DNA of 64,000 nt, from the NCBI RefSeq assembly GCF_963921235.1, contig NC_086128.1, forward strand, positions 4,464,001 through 4,528,000, written 5' to 3'. This DNA comes from Mobula hypostoma. Lineage: Eukaryota. The position numbers and the translations under genes are program-made. Below the pieces are notes generated by a model. The model was not told where the DNA came from, did no database searches, and was given only the letters and a program-made list of their open reading frames with translations. This document shows positions 1-12,600 of the stretch, piece by piece (position 1 is the first letter of the stretch; every line of letters begins with the position of its first letter).

Positions 1-344
1 GACACGACAAACATTCGCCGACAGAGCAGTCTGCGAAAGTCGAACAAAGACAGTCATCACCAGCCGGTTGGGCCCGGTGCTCTCCGCACTGTCCGCACTG
101 CGGTGTGGAGAGCGGCTGTTGGCCCAGAGCGGGAGTGGTGATCAATGTGCAGTCGTTTCCAAAGGGGTTCTCTCCGTCACAGTAAAAGCGGTTGCGGCCG
201 AACTTACGCGGTCGCTGTCACCACAACCCTGATAGTACACTGTAGCTGATATCGGCAGACACAAGGCATCTCCCCCACCGCCCCCTGCTCTGCAACCGTT
301 CACCTAGACTGTACTCCCGCGGAGAGCTGGATTTTGACTCCGAT

Positions 345-484
345 CAGGAATTTTCACTGTTACTGTTTCCGGAATCTCCCGTTTTCGCATTCAGAGCGGA
401 AATGAGGAAACGATCACTGACAGTTTTCCTTTCAGAACACCTGACGCCCATTTTCAGTTTTCGAATGTAATAGCACACATAAAA
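345..484 (+). promoter_or_regulatory. Gene A promoter: CATAAAA box, IRF and NF-kB-like sites
   Basis: CATAAAA 478-484. On the opposite strand: TTACATTCGAAAACTGAAAA (451-470), GAAAGGAAAACTG (421-433), and the kB-consensus GGGAGATTCC (371-380) adjoining GCGAAAAC. Confidence 0.7.
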
Positions 485-668
485 TTCGGCAGTATGGCAG
501 AGAGAGCTCACAACACGATCCCCAGATACAGGACTCGGCAGCACCGGCGTCCGCTCCCGGATCACAAGCCGCGGCGTTTCTATATCCCGAGTTCCAGTCG
601 GCGAACAAGACCGGTTTTCGGAGCTGATTCTAGTCTCATATCGGTGCTTTATTCTGTGTCGGGTGAAG

Positions 669-3092
669 ATGGCATTGGGCCGTGTTTGGAGAGTTTGCAG
701 TGTGTGGCTGTTTTTGACCGGGACCCTGACCCTGGGCAGTGAGAAGTTACAGTTACTGCAAATTCTGAACACAAAGACTCTGGGCAAACTGGATGAAATG
801 GTGAGTTGAACCTGCGCCCAGAAACCGCTCCTGACAGTCCCTGGCTCTTTGATTTAAATCTCAGAAAAGGCGCTATAGTTTGAGAGCTTTGTCGTTCTAC
901 ATGCCTGATTCCCCGCGTTACTGTGATATTTCGGTGTTGGATTGTCTATAACAAAGTTTACTTTCTCCCTCCCAGGGCGCTGCCTTTCCCTGGCAGTGTG
1001 TAAGTGAGAGGCTGTCGCTAAAAACCCAGCCCTTGAAGCTAGTGAATCTTTCGAAGGGGTTGACGGTGAGTGGTTGGACTTTATTTCATTCAGTTGCAGA
1101 GCGCATTATTTTGGTACTTCATCATCTATCATTGTGACTTCGTGTTGCCGAAACGTGGATGTGAAAAGGAGTGTAGTATGTACTCCTTTCTCGGATGTCA
1201 GTGACTGAGAAAACAACTTCCCACCGACACTGGCTCGTCTAGCGGAACCTTTAAGACCAGAAAACCATAAAATATAGGAGCAGAATTTGGCCATTCGACC
1301 CATCGAATCTGCTCCACCATTTCATCCTGGCCGATCCATTTTTCCTCTCAGCCCCAATCTCCTGCCTTCTCCCTGTATCCCTTCATGCCCTAACCAATCG
1401 AACTCTGCCTTAAATATACATGAAGATTTGGCCTCCACAACTGCTTGTGGCAAAGAACTCCACAGACTCACCACTCAATGGCTAAAGAAATTCCTCCTCA
1501 TCTCGTTCTAAAAGGAGACCGCTCTATTCTGAATCTGTGTCCTCGAGTTTAGTTTTAGATAGTCTCCCAAATAGGAAATGTCCTCTCCATCAAGACGTTT
1601 CACACGATTCAATTAAGTCACTGCTCATTCTTCTAAATTCAAACTTTTTTCATGTGACAAGCTGTTTAATCCTGGAATCATCTTCGTCAACCTCCTTTGA
1701 ACCCTTTCCAGTTTCATCACTCCCTGTCTAAGAAAAGGTGTCCAAATGAGGTCTAAAGAGCAGGCAGTAGATGATGTTCAGAATTTCAAAAGTGCATGAT
1801 GAAATAACTGTTCGATAAGGTGAAGAAAACGATATTGGATTAAAATATCAGCAAGGAACGAGGACTGGCTAAAAGACAGAGAACATAGAACTAAAAAAAA
1901 TGAACATCCATGTCGTCAGGCTATTAATAATAAGGGGTTCCGTATTGTGAACAGAGTAGCTGACCCATGTTAAAAAGGTCATTAACGAATTAGATGGAAA
2001 TAAGAAGTGCAATATACTGTATGTCCAAGTTTGTTGCTGATAATAAGGCGCAAAGGGTAAGGGCAGCGTGAGGACGGGTAGGTTGGAGAATTATGTGGGA
2101 AACTGTGATTGTGCAGTTTGCTGTGAATCTGCGTTTTTAGAGTATAAATTGAATAGTTCAAAATTGGAAAGTGTCGAAGTACAGAGTGTTCATAGTGTGC
2201 ATAATGATTCTATCTGACCGCAGTAAATGATGTCAATGAAAACGTGAGTGGTCTGATTAGTATGTTTGCATATAACGCAATTATTGGTAGTGGAGTTATG
2301 GATAGTGAGGAAAGCTGTCAAAGAATGCAACAAGATGTAAATCAATTGGAAATTTGGGCAGAAATATGGCATGTAAAGTTTAATCCAGTTAACCATGATG
2401 TGGTACACGAGGAAAGATGGACCTTAGGGGCATTCATGTACAAAGCGATCTTAGGGTGCAAATCCACAGCTCACTGAAAGTGTTGACATAAGTGGTAAAG
2501 AAGCTTTCCTGCTATGACTATAGGAAGGACGCAAAGACTTAAGGGAGGATTTGGAGAAGTTCACTGAGATGTCTGGATTGGAGAATGCTGCTGAACCAGA
2601 TTGCTAGCAAGACTGCTGTAATGACACCTTGTGTTCTTTGCACAGACCCAAGAGAAGATCCATATTGTTTGTCAAACACTGCGGCAAACCAACGAGATCT
2701 ACGGCATGAGTTTAGGTTCAGCCACATGGCCCCTCAAAAAGGTGGAAGGCTTCAGGGTTCTCCTGCATCGGCAAGTCAGAGTGCTGGAGGAATGCGTGTG
2801 GAATCCAGCCACAGAGTCTCGGCCAAAGGGAACCATCATAATTGAAAAATACTTTCGAAAATTGCGAAGCTTTCTTAAACATAAGGTGAGCTGGTAGCTG
2901 TTATACTCTGTCATTAATTAGCGATATTGCATTTCACCCAGTTTCTGTATGCGCAACCCATAATTTGCTCTCCTGAATATTTTCTTTTTCCAGAAGTTTG
3001 CCGAATGTGCCTGGGAAATTATCCGTACTGAAACGAGAGCCTGTTTACAGCAGATCCTCCTCATCGCAGCAAAAACTAGCAGAAAATACTGA
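669..3092 (+). CDS. Type I interferon gene A (divergent member), 4 exons, 186 aa
   Basis: Exons 669-800 (MALGRVWRVCSVWLFLTGTLTLGSEKLQLLQILNTKTLGKLDEM), 976-1065 (GAAFPWQCVSERLSLKTQPLKLVNLSKGLT), 2646-2885 (TQEKIHIVCQ...KYFRKLRSFLKHK), 2994-3092 (KFAECAWEIIRTETRACLQQILLIAAKTSRKY*). All introns GT-AG, phase 0. Hydrophobic signal peptide; KYF..L..FL and CAWE..R motifs of type I IFN. Confidence 0.93.
1255..2600. mobile_element. Decayed CR1 LINE fragments in intron 2 of gene A
   Basis: Minus-strand CR1 3' end (~1255-1750) and plus-strand RT remnants (SMFAYNAIIG...QLEIWAEIWHVKFNP, resembling SKFADD...WQMQFN). Confidence 0.65.
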
Positions 3093-3251
3093 ATAATTTT
3101 AAAGGTGCGGCCAGCACTGGAAAAGAAGAATGGACGTTCCTTTCAAAGAGAAGCATTTTATATATAACATCTTCAGCTGGAAGTGACTTGAGTAGAGGAT
3201 GTGTCTTTATATACTTCCACATTTACTACCTATTTAATGACCATAAATATA

Positions 3252-3792
3252 CACTCAGTAGCCACTTTATTATGTTCACATGTACCGCTGCTCTTTAATG
3301 CAAATGTCTATTCAGCCAATCATGTGGCAGCAACTCAATGCATAAAAGCATGCAGTCAGAGTCAAGAGGTTCAGTTATTGTTCAGACCAAACATCACAAT
3401 GGGGAAGAAATATGATCTAAGTGACTTTGACCATGGAATGATTGTTAGTTCCAGATGGGGTCGTTTGAGTATCTCAAAAACAGCTGATCTCCTGGGATTT
3501 TCATGCACAACAGTCTCTAGAGTTTACAGATAATGGTGCGAACAACAAAAAGCATCCAGTGAGCACCAGTTCTGTGGGCAGAAACATCTTGTAAGTGAGT
3601 GTAGTCAGAGGAGAATTGTCAGCCTGGTTCAAGCTGACAGGAAGGTGACAGTACTGAAACAACAATGCGTTACAACAGCTGTGTGCAGAAGAGCATCTCT
3701 GAAAACACAACACATCGAACCTCCACAGCAGCGGAAGACCACATACACTCGTACTTTTATCAGGAGGTACCTAATAAAATGGCCACTGCGTG
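3252..3792 (+). mobile_element. Internally deleted Tc1/mariner-like DNA transposon in the probable 3' UTR of gene A
   Basis: Terminal inverted repeats cactcagtagccactttatta / taataaaatggccactgcgtg, flanked by TA on both sides. Contains the Tc1 transposase N-terminal HTH remnant MGKKYDLSDFDHGMIV...ISKTADLLGFSCTTVSRVYR. Confidence 0.85.
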
Positions 3793-4136
3793 TATAATTG
3801 CATAAAATGGCATTTTATGGAAGGAACTGGTTTTACAGAATATGACACTTCAGGTAGCATCAATGGACCTAGTGAGTTGCTTCCTGCAATGAATTATGGG
3901 TTCAAGCCAGATTTCAAATTTTGGCTCTATTGTTCTCTTAGTTTTGCAAGGCTGCATATTCTAGCTTCTGATTTTTATCGTGATGAGAATTTAGGAGTCC
4001 ACTTTTCATCTGGGATATGGGAATCTTTCCCAACTCTTTGGGTTGGATTTACTGGCCAGTTAACCAGGATCTACCCTGACTTTCATCATTCTACTTTCAC
4101 AGTGACATCTGCTTCAGATCCCCACAAGACCACTAC

Positions 4137-4364
4137 AATTTATGTATTTATTTATTTATTTATTTAAATTTTACCTATTTATCCATTTATTGTGTATTTT
4201 TTATTTCTAAGTTATGACTATTCTGTCTAGTGAATTGTTGTTGTTTTGTACCACTCAAACTAAATGCGTAAATCATTTTTGCAGTGTAGTATTTATTAAC
4301 AAATTAAGTTCTTGTTTACACTGTAATGTCTTATATTGAATGAGAACATTTTACTGTAAATAAA
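4137..4364 (+). promoter_or_regulatory. AU-rich element cluster and poly(A) signal of gene A 3' UTR
   Basis: Overlapping ATTTA repeats (tatttatttatttatttatttaaa) at ~4146-4170; AATAAA 4359-4364 followed by T/GT-rich sequence. Confidence 0.65.
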
Positions 4365-4751
4365 TGTTTTGGAAAATTATGTTTTAACAAACTGGTGTTT
4401 ATTTTTCATTTATAGTTGTCATTTTTTTAATATTCACATCTCTGTATATTTTGGAGCCTCTGCTTGGAGTCTGTTACCTGGACTTCCAATCTCTGCTTTA
4501 TAATGTTTATTTCCCACAACCTTCAGTCCTTTGACATCAAACTGTCTCCAACCTGAAATGAAAGATTAGACTTTGTTCCCTCCTTCACTGGCCCATTTCC
4601 TCATGTTTCTGAACAGTATATGACCATGAGCTGCAGCACTGAAGACTCACATACAGCGGTTCAGGAACAGCTTCTTCCCCTCTGCCATCCGATTTCTGAA
4701 TGAGGAACTAAACCCATAAACACGACCTCACTTTTTAAAAAAAAATATTAT

Positions 4752-5455
4752 AGCAACACACACAAAATGCTGGAGAAACTCAGCAGGCCAGGCAGCATCT
4801 ATGGAAAAAAGTACAGTCAACGTTTCAGACCGAACTGGAGAAAAAAGGCTGAGTAGATTTAAAAGGTGGGGGAGGGGAGGGAGAGAGAAACACAAGATGA
4901 TAGGTGAAACCTGGAGGGGGAGGAATGAAATAAAGAGCTGGGACGCTGATTGGTGAGATGAGGTGAGAGAGAGAAATAGGGGATGGGAAATGGAGAAGAA
5001 GGGGGGAGGGTTGTGGAGCATTACCGGAAGTTTGAGAAATTAATATTCATGCCGTCAGGTTGGAGGCTACCCAAACAGAATATAAGGTGTTGTTCCTCCA
5101 ACCTAAGTGTGGCCTCATCCTGACATTGCAGGAGACCATCAATGAACATTTTGGAATGAGAATAGAAAGTGGAATTGAATTGGGTGGCCACTGGGAGGTC
5201 CCGCTTGTTCTGGCAGACAGAGCGTAGAAGCTTAGAGAAGAAGTCTCCCAATCTACGTCAGGTCTCATCGATATACAGGAGGCCACAGTGGGAGCACCAA
5301 ACACAGTATATGACCACAACAGACTCACAGATGAAGTGTCGCCTCACCTGGAAGGACTGTTTAGGGCCCTGGATGGTAGTGATGGAGGAGGTGTAGGGAC
5401 AGGTGTGGCACTTGTTCTGCCTGCAAGGATAAGTGCCAGGAGGGAGATCAGTGGG
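4752..5455 (-). mobile_element. Penelope-like element 3' fragment
   Basis: GIY-YIG C-terminal peptide (DLPVATQFN...RLEEQHLIFCLGSLQPDGMNINFSNFR) plus pyrimidine-rich pseudo-LTR, homologous to 63200-63990. Confidence 0.8.
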
Positions 5456-5702
5456 GAATTGTTTGGGGTAAAAAAAAATTATTTCTGTTTTGCACTATTT
5501 TAATCTAACTATTTAGTATATATTTATATACTTACTGTGATTGATTTACTTATTTATTTTTTCCTTTCTATATTGTTATGTATTGCATTATACTACTGCT
5601 GCTATGTTAACAAATTTCATGAGGCTTGCCAATGATAAAAACCTGATTCTGATTCTGTCTATAAGTGTGCATTTATATTTTCTTCCTTGTCCCTCCTTTG
5701 TT

Positions 5703-5765
5703 ACTCACCTTACCTTTCCTGGGCTTGTGTAAAACACACATGGTGACATTAGAAGGGGGCTGATC
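5703..5765 (-). pseudogene. Relic of an additional IFN gene (intron-2 3' end plus internally deleted exon 3)
   Basis: Minus strand reads cttctaatgtcaccatgtgtgttttacacaa-gcccaggaaagg-t-aag-gtgagt. This matches the gene D intron-2 end (cttctaatgtcaccatgtgtgttttacacag), exon-3 start (gcgcaggaaagg) and exon-3 end/donor (aag/gtgagt); the acceptor is mutated AG>AA. Confidence 0.65.
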
Positions 5766-6016
5766 TCCAGAAATCATGTGCGTTTTGGTCACCTACTACA
5801 GGAAAGATGTAAATATCATTGAAAGAGTACAGAGAAAATTCATTTTGGATGTTGCTGGTTCTGGAGGACCAGAGTAATAGGGAGAAACTGAATAGGTTAA
5901 GACTTTATTCCTTAGAATGTAGAAGATTCAGAGGAGATTTGATAAAGGTAAACAACATTTTGAGGGGTAGAGATAGGGCAAATGCAAGCAGGCTTTTTCT
6001 ACTGAGGTTGGTGAAG

Positions 6017-6515
6017 TCATGAGGCGGCTAAACTCAGGTTGGAGGAGGAACACCTATATACTGTCTAGGTAGTCTCCAGCCCCTTGGTATGAACATAGAA
6101 TTCTCCAACTTCTGGTAATTCCCTCCCCCTCCCTTCCTCTATCCCTACATCACTCTGCTCCCTCCCCCAGCTGCCTATCACCTCCCTCATGGTTCCGCCT
6201 CCTTCTACTACCCATTGTGTTTTCCTCTATTCCTTCTTCACCTTTCCTGCCTATCACCTCCCTGTTTCCCCTCCCCCACCCCTTTATCTTTCCCCTTACT
6301 GGTTTTTCACCTGGAACCTACCAGTCTTCTCCTTCCCACCCTCCCCCCACCTTCTTTATAGGGCCTCTGCCCCTTCCCTCTTCAGTCCTGGCGAAGGGTT
6401 CCGGCCCGAAACATCGACTAATCGTTTCCACGGATGCAGCCCGACCTGCTGAGTTCCTCCAGTGTGTTGTGAGTGTTGCTTTGACCCCAGCATCTGCAGA
6501 GTATTTTGTGTTTAC
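6017..6515 (+). mobile_element. Penelope-like element 3' fragment with degenerate hammerhead core
   Basis: Near-copy of 7270-7770; cagtcctggcgaagggttccggcccgaaacatcgact. Confidence 0.75.
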
Positions 6516-7180
6516 AGCTATTCAAAATAGCTGCAGAATGTGTATTAGACTAATTGGGTTGGTCCTTGTTACATTCAAGCAGTTCTTTGAAGCCCTATTT
6601 TTCATCTAGTAAGCAGACTCCATCTGCACAGCTTGGAAGGCTCTAAATGAAACAGGTGTGTTGGGCAAAATTATTTACTTGCTAGATGTTGCGAAATGTT
6701 CACATCCACTTGGCTAAAGTCAGTCTTGATAGAGCTCATGCAGAATTGATACTGGATCTGTCTTTACTGAACATACTCTTCCTGAATTTCTTCCCATTTG
6801 CTGTTGAATCGTCTTCTTTCCACAGCAATGCAATGACATGAGTTGAGTTGTATATCGCCTCTAGTTCTTCAGTTTCCAAAGATTTGCAGATTGCTGGGTT
6901 AACTGGCCATTGAAATTTAACTCTAGTGTGTTTGAACATGGGTAGGAGAGTTGACTGGAATGAGGGGAAATAAACTTAGTGCAGGATTATTGTAAATGGA
7001 TGCTTGATGCTCAATGTAAAGCCGGAGTCTTTTTCAGAACTGTATGACCCAATGATTCTCATGGTTCCAGGGATCTGAGTTCAATCCTGACCTTGGATAC
7101 TGTTTATGGAGGGTTGGCATCTTCTCTCAGTATACTCAGTGGTTTCTCTCAGGTGATCTGCTTTCCCATCACACTTCAAA

Positions 7181-7770
7181 GGCACAATAGACAGGATCTC
7201 CCAGTAGTCACCCACTTCAACTCTGCTTCCCACTCCCATTCAGATATGTCCATACATGGCCTGCTCTACTGCCATGATGAGGCTAAACTCAGGTTGGAGG
7301 AGCAACACCTCATATACCATCTAGGTCGTCTCCAGCCCCTTGGTATGAATGTAGAATTCTCCAACTTCCGGTAATTACCTCCCTCTCCCCTCCCCTATCC
7401 CTATGTCACTCTGCCCCCTCCCCCAGCTGCCTATCACCTCCCTCATGGTTCCGCCTCCTTCTACTACCCATTGTGTTTTCCTCTATTCCTTCTTCACCTT
7501 TCCTGCATATCACCTCCCTGCTTCCCCTCCCTCACCCCTTTATCTTTCCCCTTACTGGTTTTTCACCTGGCACCTACCAGCCTTCTCCTTCCCACCCTCC
7601 CCCCATCTTCTTTATAAGGCCTCTGCCCCTTCCCTCTTCAGTCCTGACGAAGGGTTCCGGCCCGAAACGTCGACCGATCTTTTCCACGGATGCTGCCCGA
7701 CCTGCTGAGTTCCTCCAGCGTGTTGTGAGTGTTGCTTTTACCCCAGCATTTGCAGATTATTTTGTGTTTA
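7181..7770 (+). mobile_element. Penelope-like element 3' fragment
   Basis: QDLPVVTHFNSASHSHSDMSIHGLLYCHDEAKLRLEEQHLIYHLGRLQPLGMNVEFSNFR* followed by the pseudo-LTR. Confidence 0.8.
7639..7675 (+). ncRNA. Minimal type I hammerhead ribozyme motif (Penelope-associated)
   Basis: cagtc-CTGACGA-agggttccggccc-GAAAC-GTC-gacc: CUGANGA and GAAA boxes, stem II ggg/ccc, palindromic ACGU stem III, GUC cleavage triplet, short stem I. Confidence 0.7.
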
Positions 7771-9658
7771 TGAAAGCAGACAAGTCCAGCTTTCCCCACC
7801 ATCAATGACATCTACATAAGCGATGTCTCAGGAAAGCAATATCCATCATTAAGGACCCTCATGATCCAGGATATGCCCTTGCTTTGATGCTGCAAGCAGT
7901 TAGGGGAGCCTGAAGACTCACATTTCGAACTTCGATATTAAATTCTCCCTCACTTAAATTATGTTCTTGAACTGAATATCTTAACTCAACATTGGATTAT
8001 ATTTCTTCTTTCTCTCTCAACTTTCACTCTTTGATGTTTAATTTGTAATATAATTAAATCAATTTAAGTTAATTTAATTTATGTTTATCAGATTTCTAAT
8101 GTACTGAGCTGCTGCTAAAATGTTCGTAGCATTTATACCCTGGGTACTAATGCCTCAAACGATAATACACATCATAATTCATTAGTCTCTGTTTTATTAT
8201 TTCATACATTATTATTAGTTAAGTCTGCACACTGTTAAGTGTGTTTTTAAATATTGCTGCTGTAATGAAAGAATTTCCCACTCGGGATCAATAAAGTATT
8301 TATTATTATTATTATTATAAACTTGAATTTAAATTTGTGATGCTGGAATCTGAAACCACTTTAGTTCTCAATCCTAATTCCATTCTGACAAAATTGCAGC
8401 CTCCTCCACTGCCACAGTGAGCTCAATATAAGCAGGAAAAACAACAGGTTATCCTCCCTCAGGGTACTACTGCATACGGTTTCTGCTGTGAAGCCAGTGT
8501 TGTATCTTCATTTCAGGCTCAAAGGTTTCTCATTCAACAGGAGAATATGAAGAAGGAAACTATTAGTTTAAATCCATGTATCATCCAGAAAACAGAAAAT
8601 TAAGACAATTAATTTCAAGATGTATGTGTATGCTTCGTCTGCTGAGGGGGAGGTATAGAATGGAGGGGAAAGCCTATGACAGGGAAAGTGAAGGCAAAAT
8701 CTTATATTCCTGAGAAAATCAGCAAACACAAAAGTTATTATTAAAACATTGTGTAATATGGAGAATAAATAATACAGATACATCTTTAATGAAATGTTTT
8801 ACTTAGAAAAATATTATCCATTAGATATCTCTCAATAACAATAAATTAAAGGCTTTTTTAGCCACACATACACATGTTTTAAACATATCACAATAAATAT
8901 AAATAAAGGCAAATTTAGCTTCTGACCACTGGAAGAACAAGCACATTATGATTACTGTGGTCAGGGATGAAGTCATAAGGAATGGCTCTGCAAATCCATA
9001 TCTTTTATATGAAATTGAGGAAAATGATTTGTTACCCAGCTCCATTTACAATTGGAACTAAAATAACATCCACAAAACAGAGACAAGCTGCCAAAGACAG
9101 TGAGAATGAAAAGCTGGCGACAGAGCACCTTCTCCAGAAATGCAACTTTGCATTGCACTAGTTTCCAGTCTTTTAAGTGAGGGACGGAGACAGGAACAAT
9201 CACCAAATTCACATTTCATCACATAGTAGCAATACAAAAATAAATACCAATAAATTAAGTTAACACTAAAAAATAAAGTTCCAGGCACTCTCTGTTCTCC
9301 ATTATTTGTCAACTGAAAATCTCTGCAATGTAACATAATGCATCATAAAGACAGAAAATACTGAAAATGTTCCATTGTTTAGACAACAGTGAGGCAGATG
9401 GGACGAGGAGAAATATAGTTAATGCCTCAGCCTGATAATCATTCATAATGTTGGAAGTCTTTTTTGGGCCCAAGTTTTCCTCTCAACATGTATGAAGTAT
9501 TTCCACCCGATGAGGTTTTCATTCAAATTTTCAGCAATTGCTTTTGTTTTGAAATGTAATATGAATCAATTTACATATTCTTTTTGATCAATGAAGGTTA
9601 TTGTTAAATAAATAGTCACCAATTTTAGTCCCTTATAAAAATTGTCTCTGGTAATTCT

Positions 9659-12600
9659 TCAGTGACCTCTGCTGATTTTTGCCATAATGAGAAGGTGCTG
9701 TTGTAGATGTGCTCTGGTCTCAGCGCGGGTTATTTCCCAGGCACAGGCAGTGAATCTCTGAAAGAGAGAAAATGAAATACGTTATATAATAAACCAATAT
9801 CAAGTGTTTGAAATAATGTGCTGGTGATCAAGTGTTAATTCACCTTCTGTTTCAGAAACTCTCTCAGTACATGAAAGTATTTAAGAATTGCGGCATTCTT
9901 CCTTGGTTTGGACTCTGAGCCTGGTTTCCGGACACAATCTTCCAGCTCTTTGAGCTGCCGATCCAAGAGAAGCCTGAAGTGTTCCACTGAGCTCTGGACC
10001 CACGTGACTGAGCTCAGGTTCAAACTGTAGATCCTGCGGAGGTGATGCAGGGTCTGATGGACAATCCAGATCCTTTCCTGTGCCTGTGCAAAACACACGT
10101 GGTGATATTAGTAGGGCCATGGTTCTAGTAAAGTTGAGATTTAGAACAGAATGCTTATAACTCTCAGTAGAATAGGACAAGACAAAATCAGTCATTAACT
10201 TCAAACAAACAGACCTTAACTAAGGGACTGCTAACTTCAGTGAATTTATCAAAGTGCAGAGCCATGTCAACTGCAGCCTACAGTTAATAGTTTAAACAGC
10301 GAAAGGAGAATTTCCTATTAGTAAGGCCTCAGGTGCAGGAGAGACTGCTCGAGTCCTTGACAGGTTGCAAAACTGATTTGCACGAATACATTAATGCTGC
10401 AGGGACTTTCAGTTACAGAGTGAGTCCAGAGAAATTTGGGCTGATCTCCTCAAGACACAGACAGTGAGGGAGAGATTTTCGAGACATGTCCAATCTCATG
10501 AAGAGATTGAAATTCTTAGAGGAATGAAAAACAGGTGAAGGAAGAACAGGAAAGGAGGAAATAAGAAGGGGAGTTTAGCTATATGACAAAAGGTTTGCCA
10601 TGTCAAGAGCCTGATGTACACTGACCATTGCATATTTTTAAAAGAAGTAGAGTGCATCAGCTATTACAACCTTCAGACTTTGGGTGGAGACAAATGAAAG
10701 TGTTACAGAAGCAGTTCCTTTAGCTTCCCCCAACCTCCAATTTTTCTGAACCTCCTTTGAACCCTCTCCAGTTCCAGCACATCCTTTCTCAGAAAAGGGG
10801 CCCAAAACTGCTCACAATATTCCGAATGAGGCCTTACCAGTGCTTTATAATGTTTCAGCATTACATCCTTGCTTTTATATTCAAGTCCACTTGAAATGAA
10901 TGCTGACATTATATTTGCCTGAGCCCGCAAATTAAACTTTAGGGAATCCTGCACAAGGACTCCCAAGTCTCTTTACTTCTCAGTTTTTTGTATTTTCTCC
11001 CCATTTAGCAAAGAGTCAACCCTTTCATTTCTTCTACCAAAGTGCATGAACTACACTTTCTGACACTGTATTCCATCTGCCATTTCTTTGCCCACTCTCC
11101 TAATCTGTCAAAGTCCCTCTGCAGCCTCCCTATTTCCTCAAAACTTCCTGCCCCTCCACCTTCATATTGCCTGCAAACTTTGCAATAAGGCCATCAATTC
11201 CATCATCTAAATTATTGATATATAATGTAAAAAGAATCGGTCCCAACACAGACCCCTGTGGAACACCACTAGTCACCGGCAGCCAACCAGAAAAGGCTCC
11301 CTTTATTCCCAGTCTTTGCCTCCTGCCAATCAGTCACTGTGTTATCCATGCCAGAATCTTTCCTGCTATACCATGGGCCCACAGCTTGTTAAGCCAGCCT
11401 CATGTGTGGCACCTTGTTAAAGGCCTTTTGAAAATCCAAGTACACCACATCAACCAATTCACCTTTGTCCATCCTGCTTTTTAATTCAAAAAATTATAAC
11501 AGGTTTATCAGGCAAGATTTTCCCTTGAGAAAATCATGCTGATTATAGCAAGTACCCTGAGACCTCATCTTTTATAATCAACTCCAACATCCTCCCAGGC
11601 ACTGAGGTCAGACTAACTGACCTGTAGTTTCCTTTCTTCTGCCTCTCACCCTTCTTGAAGAGTGGAGTGGCATTTGCAATTTTCTAGTTTTCCAGAACCA
11701 TTTGAGAATCTAGTGATTCTTGAAAGATCATTATAATGCCTCCATTATCTCTTCAGCCACCTCTTTCAGAACTCTGGGGTGTATACCATCTGGCCCAGGT
11801 GACGTATCTACCTTTAGACCTTTCAGTTTCCCAAGAACCTTCTCTCTAGTTATGGTAACTTCACACAATTAATGCCTCCAGCTACCTGCAACTTCCACCA
11901 TACTGCTGCTGTTTTCCTTAGTAAAGACTGATGCAAAATACTTATTCAGTTCATCTGCCATTTCCTTGTTCCCCATTACTATCCCTCCAGCATCGTTTTC
12001 CAGTGGTCCGATATCTCTCCTGTCTGTCTTTTACACTTTATATATCTGAAGAAACTTTTGATATCCTCTTTAATATTATTGGCCAGCTTACTTTTTTATT
12101 CCATCGTTACCTTCTTAATGACTTTATAGTTCCCTTCTGTTAGTTTTTTAAAGGTTCCCAATCCCCTAACTTCCCACCAATCTTTACTCAATTATATGCC
12201 CTCTCTTTGGCTTTTATGTTGGCTTTGAGTTCACTTCTTTTGCCACAGTTGTGTCATCTTTCCTTTAGAATACTACTTCCTTTTTGAGATGTATATATCC
12301 TCGGCCTTCCAAATTGCTTCCAGAAATTCCAACCATTGCTGCTCTGCTGTCATCCCTGCCAGTGTTCTTTTCCAATCAATTTTGGCCAACTCCTCCCTCA
12401 TGCCTCTGTAATTCCCTATACTCCACTGTAATGCCGATATCAGAGGTGTAAAGGGACGAGGGAGTCTTTGTGCAGCATTCCCTAAAGGTTAGCTTGCAGG
12501 TTGAGTCGTGGTGAGGAAGGCAAATGCAATGTTAGTATTCATTTCGAGAGGACTAGAATATCAAACAAAGATGTAATGCTGAGGCTTTATAAGGTGCTGG

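Noticed and set aside
494-742. Repeated 82-aa ORF MAERA(H/Q)... upstream of and overlapping exon 1 in each intact copy
   Set aside because: Its ATG lies ~10 nt after the TATA box, upstream of the expected TSS; recurrence is explained by near-identity of the DNA; copy C breaks it.
4430-4570. Acceptor-like site on the minus strand as a possible exon 4 of the relic gene
   Set aside because: Translation gives no CAWE-like motif and hits an early stop; similarity too weak.
9881-10204. Alternative-frame ORF over exon 3 (…GKDLDCPSDPASPPQDLQ…)
   Set aside because: Off-frame reading of a homogenised exon; the IFN frame is fixed by phase-0 splice sites and motifs.
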